From: an uncultured Lentisphaerales bacterium
GTDB lineage: Bacteria > Verrucomicrobiota > Lentisphaeria > JABSQK01 > UBA12247
Assembly: GCA_943788985.1 (NCBI GenBank)
Contig: CALSSJ010000020.1
Span: 1-64,000, forward strand
Direction of reading: 5' to 3'
DNA: 64,000 nucleotides
Position 1 is the stretch's first letter. Every line of letters begins with the position of its first letter. The notes below the pieces were generated by a model. The model was not told the origin of the DNA and ran no database searches. It saw only the letters and a list, made by a program, of their open reading frames with translations. Positions 20,263 to 31,052 of the stretch are shown here, piece by piece. Made by a program: the position numbers and the translations under genes.

Positions 20263-21461
20263 ACATGTTTTTAAGAATGATCCCACTGATTGTCCTGGCA
20301 CTCATCGTAGGAGGCTGCATGACGCCACCCTACAAAACAAGTGACAATGCCGCTTTTACGCCCCGAGCATCCTACCCAAAATGGAGCTGGGATACGGTTC
20401 AAGAATACAAGATGTTCGGGGACAAAGCGTTACTGACAGATAACCAAGTTACGAAAATTGCGGGGTTATCCAACTTCATTGCCATCGAAAAAGAGCATGG
20501 CGTGACAGAACTTGGTACTGCCGATCTTGGTGCTAAGCATGAGGCGGCTCGCTTCAAGGCCGTTAATCCAGACATCAAGGTTCTGTTCTATTTCAATGGT
20601 GCCATTGCCTACGAATTCACCTCGTACACCGAGGATTTCTCGCCCAATGCCGACACAATGTCGGATCAGCAGCAGAAGGATCTGTTGCTTTTTGACACCG
20701 ACAAGAACGCCTATCATACAATTCAAGGCGACAACCGGTATACCTGGGATATTCTGAAGCCCAGCCTCCGTACCTGGTGGAGCGATAGCGTCGGTCATGC
20801 CGTCAACGCAACGGGGACCGATGGGGTCTTCTGGGATCAAATGCATGGCTGGATGTGGATGCGTCCGGACGAGCAGGAAGAGGTAAGAAAGGCTCACGTG
20901 ACGCTGCAGAAGATGACCAGCCAAGCGATGGGCAAGGGCAAAATTCTGCTCTGCAACAATGCCGCCGAAACCCCACGCTTCATCCCGCATTGCGATGCTG
21001 TGATGTACGAGCACCACAAGCCGCAGCAGTACCGAGACAACCCCAAAAGGTATGTGGCGGATTGGGAGCAAATGCGTGCCGTGGCCAACGCCGGTAAGAT
21101 CAATGTCTACCGCTGGGGCGTCGATCTCAGGGGCACTAAATTCGAGAACAGTCATGGCCGAGTTAGAAACGCCCCGGACAACCATCCGGTATTAGCAGAG
21201 ATCGCCAAAGAGCGGATCACCTTCCCATTGGCCTGCTTCCTCATTGGCGCTCAGCCCTATTCCTACTTCATGTTCAGCTGGGGCTGGGGCACATATACCG
21301 GGGCATTGGTCGACTTCCCGGAGATGAAGAAGCCGCTGGGCCCGCCGCTCGGCACCTATGAGCGTGAATCAGAAGACTCGTGGATCTTCAGGCGCAGCTT
21401 CACCCACGCGGACGTCTGGGTTGACCTGGGGAAAGAGGAGGCGCGAATCACCTGGAAGTGA
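20259..21461 (+). CDS. Lipoprotein glycoside hydrolase, GHL15/GH168 (endo-fucanase)-like
   Basis: Lipobox [61 protein letters not shown]. Confidence 0.7.
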   Translation: MNMFLRMIPLIVLALIVGGCMTPPYKTSDNAAFTPRASYPKWSWDTVQEYKMFGDKALLTDNQVTKIAGLSNFIAIEKEHGVTELGTADLGAKHEAARFKAVNPDIKVLFYFNGAIAYEFTSYTEDFSPNADTMSDQQQKDLLLFDTDKNAYHTIQGDNRYTWDILKPSLRTWWSDSVGHAVNATGTDGVFWDQMHGWMWMRPDEQEEVRKAHVTLQKMTSQAMGKGKILLCNNAAETPRFIPHCDAVMYEHHKPQQYRDNPKRYVADWEQMRAVANAGKINVYRWGVDLRGTKFENSHGRVRNAPDNHPVLAEIAKERITFPLACFLIGAQPYSYFMFSWGWGTYTGALVDFPEMKKPLGPPLGTYERESEDSWIFRRSFTHADVWVDLGKEEARITWK

Positions 21462-21517
21462 CGTTGCCCAAAAATGACCAGCCACATCACCACAAGGAAA
21501 GAAGGAAGAATCTGAAG

Positions 21518-23056
21518 ATGAAGCGTATTACATCCCTGGCTTGCGTCAGCCTACTGGCCGTATCGGTCAATCTCATTGCGGCGGAAGCCCTGTACCAGAA
21601 CGATTTCGAAAACCTCGAAGTTGGGACGGCGCCCGCCAAGGTCGATGGCGCCGATCTCAGTACCGGCATATCCTGTGTGCGTGTGTCTGATACAAGGAAC
21701 GGACAGATACTCGTCATGACGGACTCAGCGGAGTATCCGAAAAATGTGTGGCCAATGCTGACGCACGACAGCACGATGCTGTCCAAGATTTCTGCTTCGA
21801 AATGGATCTACAGCGCCGACATCAAACAAGACGCTGAAAGCCCCGTCGATTTCGTCATTGAGTTTCGCAGTGCAGGTCCCAAGACTCGGTTCACCGCGAT
21901 CATTGCCAACGCCAAAGGTCAACTCCTGACACGCGGGAAAACGATAGCCAAGCTTTGCACCATCCCTCCCGGCACGTGGTGGACATTTGCGGTCACCTAC
22001 GATGAACGCAATCCCGAAACCTACCAGATTCAGATTACCGATGCGGCAGGTGCTGTGCTGGGCGAGACGACGATGGAGAATCCGCCTGGCATGGGCAGGA
22101 TTACCTGGCTGGGCTACGTCGGCTACACCAAGGCCGATGGCAGTTTCTATATCGATAATATCGAGCTACTGCCGCTGGCGGCGTCTTCCGATCCGCAAGA
22201 GAAGGCTAAAGAGACGCCAAAGCCAGCGCAGGTAGAGCCGACCTTTCGCGATGCCAAATACGGCGCACATGTCAAAGAACTGATGAATGTCTGGCAGGTC
22301 GAATCCGAGCAACCGCTGGGCGTGCTGCTGAACATCCATGGTGGGGGCTGGATGGGCGGTAGAAAAGCCGAGACCATGCATAAGAACCACCTGAACCCCG
22401 GCTACCACTATGCCTCGATCAGCTATCCGCTGGTCAATGAGGGCGCGGTGCAACCGACCATGCTCAACGCGGCGTTGCGGGCCGTGCAATTCCTGCGCTA
22501 CAAGGCAGAAGAGTGGAACATCGACCCGCAGCGGATCGTGGTCTCCGGCGGCTCAGCGGGGGGCTGTTCTAGTCTGCTCGTGGCGTTGCACGACGATGTG
22601 GCCGCCCCCAAAAGCGATGACCTGGTTGCGCGTTATTCGTCCCGCGTCGCCGGGGCCATGGTCGCTGGCGCGCAGACCACTATGAACCCGTTCGTGATCA
22701 AGGAACGCATCGGAGAAAAGACCTTTGGCAATCCGATGCCCTATAAGCCGTTTGGCGCCCAGACGATTCAGGGGCTCATGGACAATTGGGACGATTACAA
22801 AGAGATGGTACTGAAATGCTCCCCGCTTAGCCACCTCAGCGCGGATGATCCGCCGCTGCATCTGTTCTACAACGTCAACCGCGAGTTCCCGACCACGAAA
22901 TCCTCGAACGGGATTCACAGTCCGATTTTCGGTGAGATCATGCTGGAAGCCTGTAAAAAGGTCGGCGTCGAGTGCTATTTGCAGTACTGGGAAAAAGATC
23001 GCCCGAAACCTGCTGTCTCGCGACACGAGTTCCTGGATCGGCTATTGCTGAAGTAG
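21518..23056 (+). CDS. Secreted alpha/beta-hydrolase (carbohydrate esterase-like) with an N-terminal beta-sandwich domain
   Basis: Signal peptide; HGGGW oxyanion motif, GGSAG nucleophile, IHSP histidine. Confidence 0.85.
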   Translation: MKRITSLACVSLLAVSVNLIAAEALYQNDFENLEVGTAPAKVDGADLSTGISCVRVSDTRNGQILVMTDSAEYPKNVWPMLTHDSTMLSKISASKWIYSADIKQDAESPVDFVIEFRSAGPKTRFTAIIANAKGQLLTRGKTIAKLCTIPPGTWWTFAVTYDERNPETYQIQITDAAGAVLGETTMENPPGMGRITWLGYVGYTKADGSFYIDNIELLPLAASSDPQEKAKETPKPAQVEPTFRDAKYGAHVKELMNVWQVESEQPLGVLLNIHGGGWMGGRKAETMHKNHLNPGYHYASISYPLVNEGAVQPTMLNAALRAVQFLRYKAEEWNIDPQRIVVSGGSAGGCSSLLVALHDDVAAPKSDDLVARYSSRVAGAMVAGAQTTMNPFVIKERIGEKTFGNPMPYKPFGAQTIQGLMDNWDDYKEMVLKCSPLSHLSADDPPLHLFYNVNREFPTTKSSNGIHSPIFGEIMLEACKKVGVECYLQYWEKDRPKPAVSRHEFLDRLLLK

Positions 23057-23621
23057 CTTATGCGGTGGCGCATTGATCCTGCTTGTCCTCCAAACTCAGG
23101 GAGTTCTGTTCAGCGCCACCTCAGGCGCGCAACGCCAAACGCAGCCATGGCGCTGGTGAGTACCTGCAGAGAGGCGACTGCGGGAGCCTCAGGGCAGGTG
23201 ACTCACCCGCCACCGGGGTGTGGGAGTGGCTGGCTTGGCCGAGGAACGTTCTAGAAAATGTAAAATTCATGACATCTTGCGGGCATCGTCCCCAAGAAGG
23301 GCTTAACTTTCCCAATCCCCTACTTCATCGCGATCCCCCCAGAGATAGAGTTGCACCCAACCTGTCTGGAGCAATCATATGGCAGTCGTTTATATTTTAA
23401 TTCCCCTCACCATGGTGGTTACCGTGATCGGGATATGCATCTATATATCAGCAATAAACCATGCTGAGCATCATTCAGGCAAGGATAATCCTCAAATTCC
23501 TCTTGAGAAAATTAACGACAAACCAAGTGGATCCAAAGCCCGACAAGGCTGAAGCACGCCATTCTTCACCAAGGAACAAATGCCAGCCTTGGCTATTTGG
23601 AGATTCAGCTTTGCTGGCTCG

Positions 23622-24524
23622 CTATGTGGCTCTGGCTACGGAGAACTGCTGCCGGTAGGCAGTCGGCGAAGAGGCGAAGGCCTTGGAAAAACAGCGGGAG
23701 AAATAAAGGGGATCTTTGAATCCCACGGCGTGGGCGATCTCCTTGACGGGTGCGTTTGTTTCCGTTAGCAGGCGGCTGGCTTGCTGCAAACGTAGGTCGA
23801 TCAGGTATTGCCCCGGCGGCACGCCAAAACGGCGCGCCCAGTGGCGGCGAAAGTTCGTAGGCGACATGCCGTGTTCCAGCGCCAGCTTCATGAAGTCGGG
23901 CTGCTCGTTCAAGGTATTGGCCAGGTGGCTGCGGATCTCATTGAGTGCAATGTCGTAGGGACCAGTTGGCTCGGGAAGGCGGCGAACACGAGATTCGAGC
24001 AGGAGTCGCTCGCAAATACGATCGACTCGGTCGGCGGCCCCTTCGGTTTCGCGGTCTTGGCTGCAGATCAGCAATTCGTCCACGAGCGCGCGGACCGTGC
24101 GGCTGGATTTGATCGGCCAGACTGGTTGCTCGGGAAGTCGAATGCCCCAGGCAGAAAGGGTTGCCATCAGCTCCCTGCTGTACATGATGAATAGTTCGTC
24201 CCACGAGGCACCGCTTGGCTCCGGACCGTATTTCAGCCGTGCTCCCGGCGACTGCAGCATCACGCATGGTGCCTCGACCGGGAAGACCTGGTCGTTGCAG
24301 TGCAAGCTGCCGCGCCCCTCCAGTATGAAGGAGAAGTTTACACTCTCGACCACGGTGTCCATCCACTCATGCTTGCCCGGCTGGTACCCGAGGCTCTGCA
24401 CCCTGGCTCCTGTCGGCATGATTCGGGGGATGGCCCCCAGATGCGTGGTAAAATAATCCATATCTTCGGACAAATACTCTATGGCAGCTAGGTTGCAATT
24501 CAATTGGCCATGCGCAATGTTCAA
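23622..24524 (-). CDS. AraC family transcriptional regulator
   Basis: Cupin-like N-terminus; C-terminal VKEIAHAVGFKDPLYFSRCFSK; divergent from the 24684 operon. Confidence 0.92.
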   Translation of the reverse strand: MNIAHGQLNCNLAAIEYLSEDMDYFTTHLGAIPRIMPTGARVQSLGYQPGKHEWMDTVVESVNFSFILEGRGSLHCNDQVFPVEAPCVMLQSPGARLKYGPEPSGASWDELFIMYSRELMATLSAWGIRLPEQPVWPIKSSRTVRALVDELLICSQDRETEGAADRVDRICERLLLESRVRRLPEPTGPYDIALNEIRSHLANTLNEQPDFMKLALEHGMSPTNFRRHWARRFGVPPGQYLIDLRLQQASRLLTETNAPVKEIAHAVGFKDPLYFSRCFSKAFASSPTAYRQQFSVARAT

Positions 24525-24683
24525 TTTCTGAGTGAATACCTAAAACAGCGACGGTCAAGTGCGATCGCGTGAGATGGCTCTCCGAACGGTGTATGTACAT
24601 TTCAACGCCCGGCCTCCTGCCGAGAATACGACATTCTTGATTTGTTTTCACACTCCCCTAAGGCATAACATGCAGGTTCTTCG

Positions 24684-27600
24684 ATGAAGCTAGGTTTACA
24701 ATGGTCAGGCATGCTTGTCGTGCTGCTTATCGTCGGTAGCTGCAGCAAGGCAGATCACAGCGATGCGGGCTCGGGGGATGCTGGCGCCACCTCCGGGACT
24801 GATCCGTCTTTCTCCCTCCCAGAGACAGTCTCGTTCAATCAGCATATTCGCCCCATCTTATCGGACAGCTGTTTCGCCTGCCATGGGCCAGATGTGGACA
24901 ATCAACTGAGTCCGTTCCGCTTGGATACCGAGGAAGCCTCACGCACGAATCTTGCGAAGGAGGGTGATCCACCACGCTACGGGATTGTCCCGGGCAAGCC
25001 AGAGGAAAGTCTGCTGATCGAGCGGGTAACGCATGAAGATGTTGCGATACGTATGCCGCCCGTGTCCGGAAACAAGAAGGCAATCACCGCTGAGCAAGCT
25101 GCGCTGCTGCGAAAGTGGATCGCAGACGGCGCCAAATACGAGAAGCACTGGGCTTTCGTCGCACCTGAGAAACCCGCGGTTCCGACCGTGGCCAATGCGT
25201 CATGGGCTCAGAATGACGTCGACCGCTTTGTCTTGGCAAAGTTGGAGACAATGCAAATCGCTCCCTCGCCAGAGGCCGATAAAGAAACGTTAATCAGGCG
25301 CGTATCGATGGATCTCACGGGGCTGCCACCATCGCCTGCGGAAATCGATGCCTTTGTGACGGATGAATCCGACGTTGCGTACGAAGCATTGGTGGACCGG
25401 GTGATGCAATCGGCCCATTATGGAGAACGCATGGCGATTGATTGGCTGGATTCAGCGCGCTACGCAGATACCAATGCGGTGCACGTGGACCTCGAGCGTT
25501 CGAGCTGGCCCTGGCGCGATTGGGTGATCAGGGCGTTTAACGAGAATATGCCCTATGACCAGTTCATTACGGAGCAGATCGCGGGCGATCTCTTACCCGA
25601 TGCCACGGTTGAGCAGAAGATTGCGACTGCCTTCAATCGCAACCACGGAATCAATAATGAGGGCGGTACCATCCCGGAGGAGTTTCTGGTGGAGTATGCC
25701 GTGGACCGCGTGAGCACGATGGGATCGGCGATGATGGGTCTCACCCTGGCATGTGCCCGCTGTCACGATCATAAGTTTGACCCGATAACCCAGGATGATT
25801 TCTTCAGCCTGTTCTCATTCTTCAACAACATCCCCGAAAAGGGGCTGGAATCCCAGAATGAGTTCCAAGCTCTGGCTTACAAACCCTTCATCTATGTCTA
25901 CACGGATGAGCAGAAGAAAACGAAGGAGACGCTCGACGGCATCTTGGCTGAGTTTGATTCGCTGAAGAGGAAGAAGGGGCCGGATGTGCCGAAGCTGCCA
26001 GGAGACGAGAAGGCGGTGGCTTGGGAAGCATTGACCTTAAAAAAGGTGCATAGTGACAAGGCCAAAATGGCTACGATTGTGAAGGTGAAAACGCAGAAGG
26101 GCCTGAAGAGAAATATCAGGGACACGACGGTGCTCATTGAGGATACTAAGCGTATCCACTTCAGACAGGGCGTGGGCAAAGATGCCGCACTTGACTTCAC
26201 GTTTAAGGCACCGGCGACGCCGTTTAATGTCATACGGGTGGAAGCGCTCATTGCCGCTGGCAGGCCAGGCCGCAACGAACAAATACGAGATCCAGAAACG
26301 ATTCTGAGCGGGGTGGAAGTCTCTCTCGTAACCGGGAAGAAGACCCAGCGGCTCGAAGTGGTTACAGGGCATTCCACGCTTGGAGCAAGCGGGGAGAGCA
26401 TTGTGGCCGCTCTGGATGACGACAAGGCGAGCGTTTGGAACTGGGGCGCAGGGGCCATGGACCACCATTTTTTCCTGGTGCTCAAGGAACCTGTCACAGC
26501 GGTCAAAGGTGAGCTCGTCGTGCGATTGCACTATCGCGGCGAACAGATCAGGGCAAAATTCTACAATGACTTCATTTTCTACGCGGGCAATAATCAGCAT
26601 GGCTATGCTGCGCCCATCGCGCTTATTCCCGCCAAACAACGCTTGGGCTGGCACAAAGATGCCCTGCTTATAAATGGTTGGAATGCAAAGAGACAGACGA
26701 AACTTCGCTTTAGAGACGTAGCTCAGGCAAGGAGCCAGGATGGCACGTTGAAAAAGACTGCCACGCGCTGCATGGTGATGGAAGAGAAGAAGGACATCAC
26801 CCCTACCTACGTGTTGGATCGGGGTGCCTATGACGCACCGCTCGAGGAGCGCCCGCGGGAGCGTGAGACGCCGTCGGTGTTCCCCCCCATGCCTGAAGAT
26901 GCGCCCAAGAATCGTCTGGGCCTGGCTCAGTGGTTGGTCTCGAAGGAGAACCCGCTCACCTCACGCGTTGCCGTGAATCGTTTCTGGCAGCAGATTTTCG
27001 AGCACGGGATCGTCAAGACTTCTGAAGACTTTGGCCTACAGAGCGAGCTGCCGTCGCATCCGGGCTTGCTCGACTACCTGGCGGTGGATTTTCAGGAGAA
27101 TGGCTGGGACGTGAAACGGCTGATGAAGATGATGGTGATGAGTGCGACTTATCGCCAGTCGTCGCAACTTCGTCCGGACCTGCAGGAGCTTGATCCTGAC
27201 AACCGGTTGCTGGCGCAGGCATCTCGGTATCGCTTTCCGGCTGAAGTGATTCGCGACAATGCCTTGGCGGCCTCTGGCTTGCTGAACGACACCATTGGTG
27301 GTCCAAGCGTGCGGCCGTATCAACCCGCTGGGTTGTGGCGTGAGAAGACGATGCGAGCCTCTGCGAGTACGGGTACGTATGTGCGGGATGAGGGCGACAA
27401 GCTCTACCGCCGGGGCATGTACACCTTTTGGAAGCAGGCCGTACCGCCGCCCCAGATGGAGCTTTTTGATGCGCCTTCGCGGGAGAACTGCACCATCAAA
27501 CGTCGTACCACCATCACGCCGCTTCAGGCTCTGATGCTGATGAATGATGAGACCTATCTTGAGCTGTCGCGCGAACTTGCGACGCGGCTGTTTAAGGAGG

Positions 27601-27875
27601 TCGAGGGGGCCTGGGAAGACCAGCTATCGAAACGGATCGAAACCGGCCTGCGCTTGACCACCGGACGAAAACCCAGCACTGAGGAACTGGGCACTTGGAT
27701 CCAGTTTTCGGAGGAAAACCTGAAGCGCTTTAGTGAGAGTCCGGAGAATGCCAAAAGCTTCCTGAGCTATGGCGAGAAACCGCGGGATGAATCGCTGCCT
27801 GAACTGGAACTCGCGGCTTTGACCTACACGATGTCTGCGGTGTTTAACCTTGATGAAACCATCACCCGAGATTAG
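24684..27875 (+). CDS. Planctomycete cytochrome c / DUF1549 / DUF1553 lipoprotein
   Basis: [70 protein letters not shown]. Confidence 0.92.
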   Translation: MKLGLQWSGMLVVLLIVGSCSKADHSDAGSGDAGATSGTDPSFSLPETVSFNQHIRPILSDSCFACHGPDVDNQLSPFRLDTEEASRTNLAKEGDPPRYGIVPGKPEESLLIERVTHEDVAIRMPPVSGNKKAITAEQAALLRKWIADGAKYEKHWAFVAPEKPAVPTVANASWAQNDVDRFVLAKLETMQIAPSPEADKETLIRRVSMDLTGLPPSPAEIDAFVTDESDVAYEALVDRVMQSAHYGERMAIDWLDSARYADTNAVHVDLERSSWPWRDWVIRAFNENMPYDQFITEQIAGDLLPDATVEQKIATAFNRNHGINNEGGTIPEEFLVEYAVDRVSTMGSAMMGLTLACARCHDHKFDPITQDDFFSLFSFFNNIPEKGLESQNEFQALAYKPFIYVYTDEQKKTKETLDGILAEFDSLKRKKGPDVPKLPGDEKAVAWEALTLKKVHSDKAKMATIVKVKTQKGLKRNIRDTTVLIEDTKRIHFRQGVGKDAALDFTFKAPATPFNVIRVEALIAAGRPGRNEQIRDPETILSGVEVSLVTGKKTQRLEVVTGHSTLGASGESIVAALDDDKASVWNWGAGAMDHHFFLVLKEPVTAVKGELVVRLHYRGEQIRAKFYNDFIFYAGNNQHGYAAPIALIPAKQRLGWHKDALLINGWNAKRQTKLRFRDVAQARSQDGTLKKTATRCMVMEEKKDITPTYVLDRGAYDAPLEERPRERETPSVFPPMPEDAPKNRLGLAQWLVSKENPLTSRVAVNRFWQQIFEHGIVKTSEDFGLQSELPSHPGLLDYLAVDFQENGWDVKRLMKMMVMSATYRQSSQLRPDLQELDPDNRLLAQASRYRFPAEVIRDNALAASGLLNDTIGGPSVRPYQPAGLWREKTMRASASTGTYVRDEGDKLYRRGMYTFWKQAVPPPQMELFDAPSRENCTIKRRTTITPLQALMLMNDETYLELSRELATRLFKEVEGAWEDQLSKRIETGLRLTTGRKPSTEELGTWIQFSEENLKRFSESPENAKSFLSYGEKPRDESLPELELAALTYTMSAVFNLDETITRD

Positions 27876-27878
27876 ATC

Positions 27879-29333
27879 ATGGATCCGCTGGAAGACCATT
27901 ATCTAAACGTCACCCGCAAGCAATTCTTTGCGAAGACAGCTGCAGGCATTGGCGGATTGGCGCTTGGCTCGTTGATGAACCAATCGCTGTTGGCCAACTC
28001 GCCATTGGAGCGAGGCCTCTTGGGCGCCCCACATTTTCCGGCGAAAGCCAAGCGGGTGATTTACCTGTTTCAGAATGGTGGGCCTGCACAGCAGGATTTG
28101 TTCGATTACAAACCGGGGCTGCTGGAGAAATACGACCAGGATCTCCCAGATTCGGTCCGTGGCAATCAGCGAATTACCGGAATGACGTCGCGCCAGGCAC
28201 GATTTCCCATCGTCCCTTCCATCTTTAAGTTCAACAAGCATGCCAACAACCAGGATGGGCTCTGGGTCTCTGAGCTTTATCCGTACACCGCCCAGATCGC
28301 CAAGGAGATTTGCGTGGTGAAATCCATGCATACCTCAGCCATCAATCATGAGCCAGGCATCACCTTTCTGCAGACGGGTTCTGAACTGCCGGGGCGGCCA
28401 TCGTTTGGCTCGTGGGCGAGCTACGGTCTGGGGAGTGCGAATGAGAACTTGCCCGGCTTCGTGGTCATGATCAGCCAAGCGCAAGGCGGCAATGTGCAGA
28501 CCGTTTCCTCACGGTTGTGGGGCTCTGGCTTTTTGCCCGGCGAACACCAAGGGGTAAACCTGCGTGGCGCCGCAGACCCCGTGCTGTTTTTGAATGACCC
28601 AAGTGGTATCGAACGGCAGGATCGCCGGCGGATGCTGGATTTTTTGGCAAAGCGAAACCAGGAAGAAGCCCAGCGCTCGAAGGATCCCGACGTGACCGCG
28701 CGAATTGCCCAATACGAAATGGCCTACCGCATGCAGATGTCGGTGCCTGAGCTCACTGATTTCTCCGGAGAGTCGGCAGAAACGCTGGCGATGTATGGTC
28801 CCAATGTCCAGAAGCCTGGGGCCTACGCCTATAACTGCCTAATGGCGCGGCGCTTGTCAGAGCGAGGTGTACGCTTCATCCAGCTCTACAATCGCGGCTG
28901 GGACCAACACAACAATCTGCCCAGGGACTTGAAGAAGCAGGCAGCTGCCTCGGATCAGCCCCAGGCGGCGTTGATCAAGGACCTCAAGCAGCGCGGTATG
29001 CTCGACGATACCTTGGTCATCTGGGGCGGGGAGTTCGGCCGTACCACCTATGGTCAGGGCGGGCTGAGCAAGACGAACTATGGGCGAGACCATCATCCTC
29101 GTTGCTTCACGATGTGGTTTGCCGGCGGCGGGATCAAACCCGGAATCAGCTATGGCCGAACCGATGACTATGGCTACAACATTGTTGAGAATCCCGTCCA
29201 CGTCCATGATTTGCACGCCACGTTGTTGCACTTGATGGGGATCAATCATGAGCAGTTGACCTACCGGCATCAAGGACGGGACTTCAGGCTCACCGATGTC
29301 CACGGACACGTGATGAGCGACCTACTAATCTAG
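27879..29333 (+). CDS. DUF1501 domain protein (sulfatase-like fold, Tat-like signal), copy 1
   Basis: PHFPAKAKRVIYLFQNGGP, GWDQH, GEFGRT, GRDHHP, VHDLHAT. Confidence 0.92.
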   Translation: MDPLEDHYLNVTRKQFFAKTAAGIGGLALGSLMNQSLLANSPLERGLLGAPHFPAKAKRVIYLFQNGGPAQQDLFDYKPGLLEKYDQDLPDSVRGNQRITGMTSRQARFPIVPSIFKFNKHANNQDGLWVSELYPYTAQIAKEICVVKSMHTSAINHEPGITFLQTGSELPGRPSFGSWASYGLGSANENLPGFVVMISQAQGGNVQTVSSRLWGSGFLPGEHQGVNLRGAADPVLFLNDPSGIERQDRRRMLDFLAKRNQEEAQRSKDPDVTARIAQYEMAYRMQMSVPELTDFSGESAETLAMYGPNVQKPGAYAYNCLMARRLSERGVRFIQLYNRGWDQHNNLPRDLKKQAAASDQPQAALIKDLKQRGMLDDTLVIWGGEFGRTTYGQGGLSKTNYGRDHHPRCFTMWFAGGGIKPGISYGRTDDYGYNIVENPVHVHDLHATLLHLMGINHEQLTYRHQGRDFRLTDVHGHVMSDLLI

Positions 29334-29360
29334 CCTAAATACTTCACGCAAGGCCCACGT

Positions 29361-30812
29361 ATGAATCCACTGGAAGATCATTATCTGAATCTGACCCGCA
29401 GGCAGTTCTTTGCCAAGGGAGCCGCAGGCATTGGCGGACTGGCACTAGGCTCGTTGATGAAGCAACCAGCGCTGGCCGGTTCGCCGCTTGAGCGCGGCAT
29501 CTTGGGGGCACCCCATTTTCCGGCCAAGGCCAAAAGAGTGATCTACCTGTTTCAGAATGGTGGCCCTGCTCAGCAAGATCTGTTTGATTACAAGCCAGAG
29601 CTTATGGAGCAGTATGACAAGGATCTGCCCGATTCGATACGAGGTAAGCAGCGGATTACGGGGATGACCTCGCGCCAAGCGCGGTTTCCTGTGGCCCCGT
29701 CCATCTTCAAGTTCAACAAGCATGAGAACAATGAGGATGGGTTGTGGGTCTCTGAGCTCTACCCGCATACGGGGGCGATCGCCAAGGAGATTTGCGTGGT
29801 GAAATCGATGCATACCTCAGCCATCAATCATGAGCCGGGCATCACCTTCTTGCAGACCGGTTCCGAACTGCCGGGCCGGCCATCGTTTGGCTCGTGGGCG
29901 AGCTATGGCCTGGGCAGCGCCAATGAGAATCTACCGGGCTTTGTCGTGATGATCAGCCAAGGATACGGCAACATGCAGACCATTTCGTCCCGACTGTGGG
30001 GCTCTGGATTTTTGCCGAGCGAGCATCAGGGTGTGAACCTACGCGGGGCCGAAGATCCCGTGCTCTTTCTGAGCGACCCCAACGGCATCGAGCGACAGGA
30101 TCGGCGTCGCATGCTGGATTTTCTGGCAAAGCGCAACCAGGAAGAAGCGTTACGGTCGAACGATCCAGACGTGGCTGCGCGCATTGCCCAATACGAAATG
30201 GCCTACCGCATGCAGATGTCGGTGCCTGAGTTAACAGATTTTGCTGAGGAGTCCGAAGACACGCTGGCGATGTATGGCCCCGATGTCAAAAAGGCTGGTT
30301 CCTACGCTTACAACTGCCTGATGGCGCGACGCTTGGCAGAGCGCGGGGTGCGCTTTATCCAGCTGTATAACCGTGGTTGGGACCAGCACGGCAATCTGCC
30401 GAAAGATATCAAGAAGCAAGCAGACGCGACAGACCAACCCCAGGCGGCGTTGATCAAGGACTTGAAACAGCGCGGGATGCTTGATGATACGCTGGTGATT
30501 TGGGGCGGAGAATTTGGCCGCACCACCTACAGCCAGGGCACTCTGTCAAAGACAAACTACGGGCGGGACCATCATCCTCGTTGCTTCAGCATGTGGTTCG
30601 CCGGCGGCGGAATCAAACCCGGAATCAGCTATGGCCAAACCGATGATTATTGCTACAACATCATTGAGAACCCGGTCCACGTCCATGATCTGCACGCGAC
30701 GCTGTTGCACCTCATGGGCATCAATCATGAGCAGTTGACCTACCGGCATCAAGGACGCGACTTCCGCCTCACCGATGTCCATGGCCACATCATCAACGAC
30801 ATCTTGGTTTAG
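29361..30812 (+). CDS. DUF1501 domain protein, copy 2 (tandem paralogue)
   Basis: Same motifs; TRRQFF twin-arginine; colinear with copy 1. Confidence 0.92.
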   Translation: MNPLEDHYLNLTRRQFFAKGAAGIGGLALGSLMKQPALAGSPLERGILGAPHFPAKAKRVIYLFQNGGPAQQDLFDYKPELMEQYDKDLPDSIRGKQRITGMTSRQARFPVAPSIFKFNKHENNEDGLWVSELYPHTGAIAKEICVVKSMHTSAINHEPGITFLQTGSELPGRPSFGSWASYGLGSANENLPGFVVMISQGYGNMQTISSRLWGSGFLPSEHQGVNLRGAEDPVLFLSDPNGIERQDRRRMLDFLAKRNQEEALRSNDPDVAARIAQYEMAYRMQMSVPELTDFAEESEDTLAMYGPDVKKAGSYAYNCLMARRLAERGVRFIQLYNRGWDQHGNLPKDIKKQADATDQPQAALIKDLKQRGMLDDTLVIWGGEFGRTTYSQGTLSKTNYGRDHHPRCFSMWFAGGGIKPGISYGQTDDYCYNIIENPVHVHDLHATLLHLMGINHEQLTYRHQGRDFRLTDVHGHIINDILV

Positions 30813-31052
30813 GACTGAGATGATGACGATAGCCGAGATCGATGAGCGAGCACTCCGACCAGAGTCGAATAGCCCGTTGGAGTTCACAACTTTAGTTGTG
30901 CGGCATGCAGGCTGGCAGTTGCGGCGTGGCACATCTAAAGCGTTTAACTTGAACGCGTTACGCTGTCTCCCACTTCAGTCAACAAACACTCCTTGGCGCT
31001 CCCAGACTCAATTCATCGCTACTATCTCCTAAGCCCGTAAGACTTCTAGGCA

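Noticed and set aside
23060..23620. Short ORFs between the esterase and AraC genes
   Set aside because: No recognisable motifs or consistent frame; probably intergenic DNA or unidentifiable debris.
27879..30812. DUF1501 duplication as a diversity-generating retroelement TR/VR pair
   Set aside because: Both copies are full-length ORFs, differences are not adenine-specific, and there is no reverse transcriptase.
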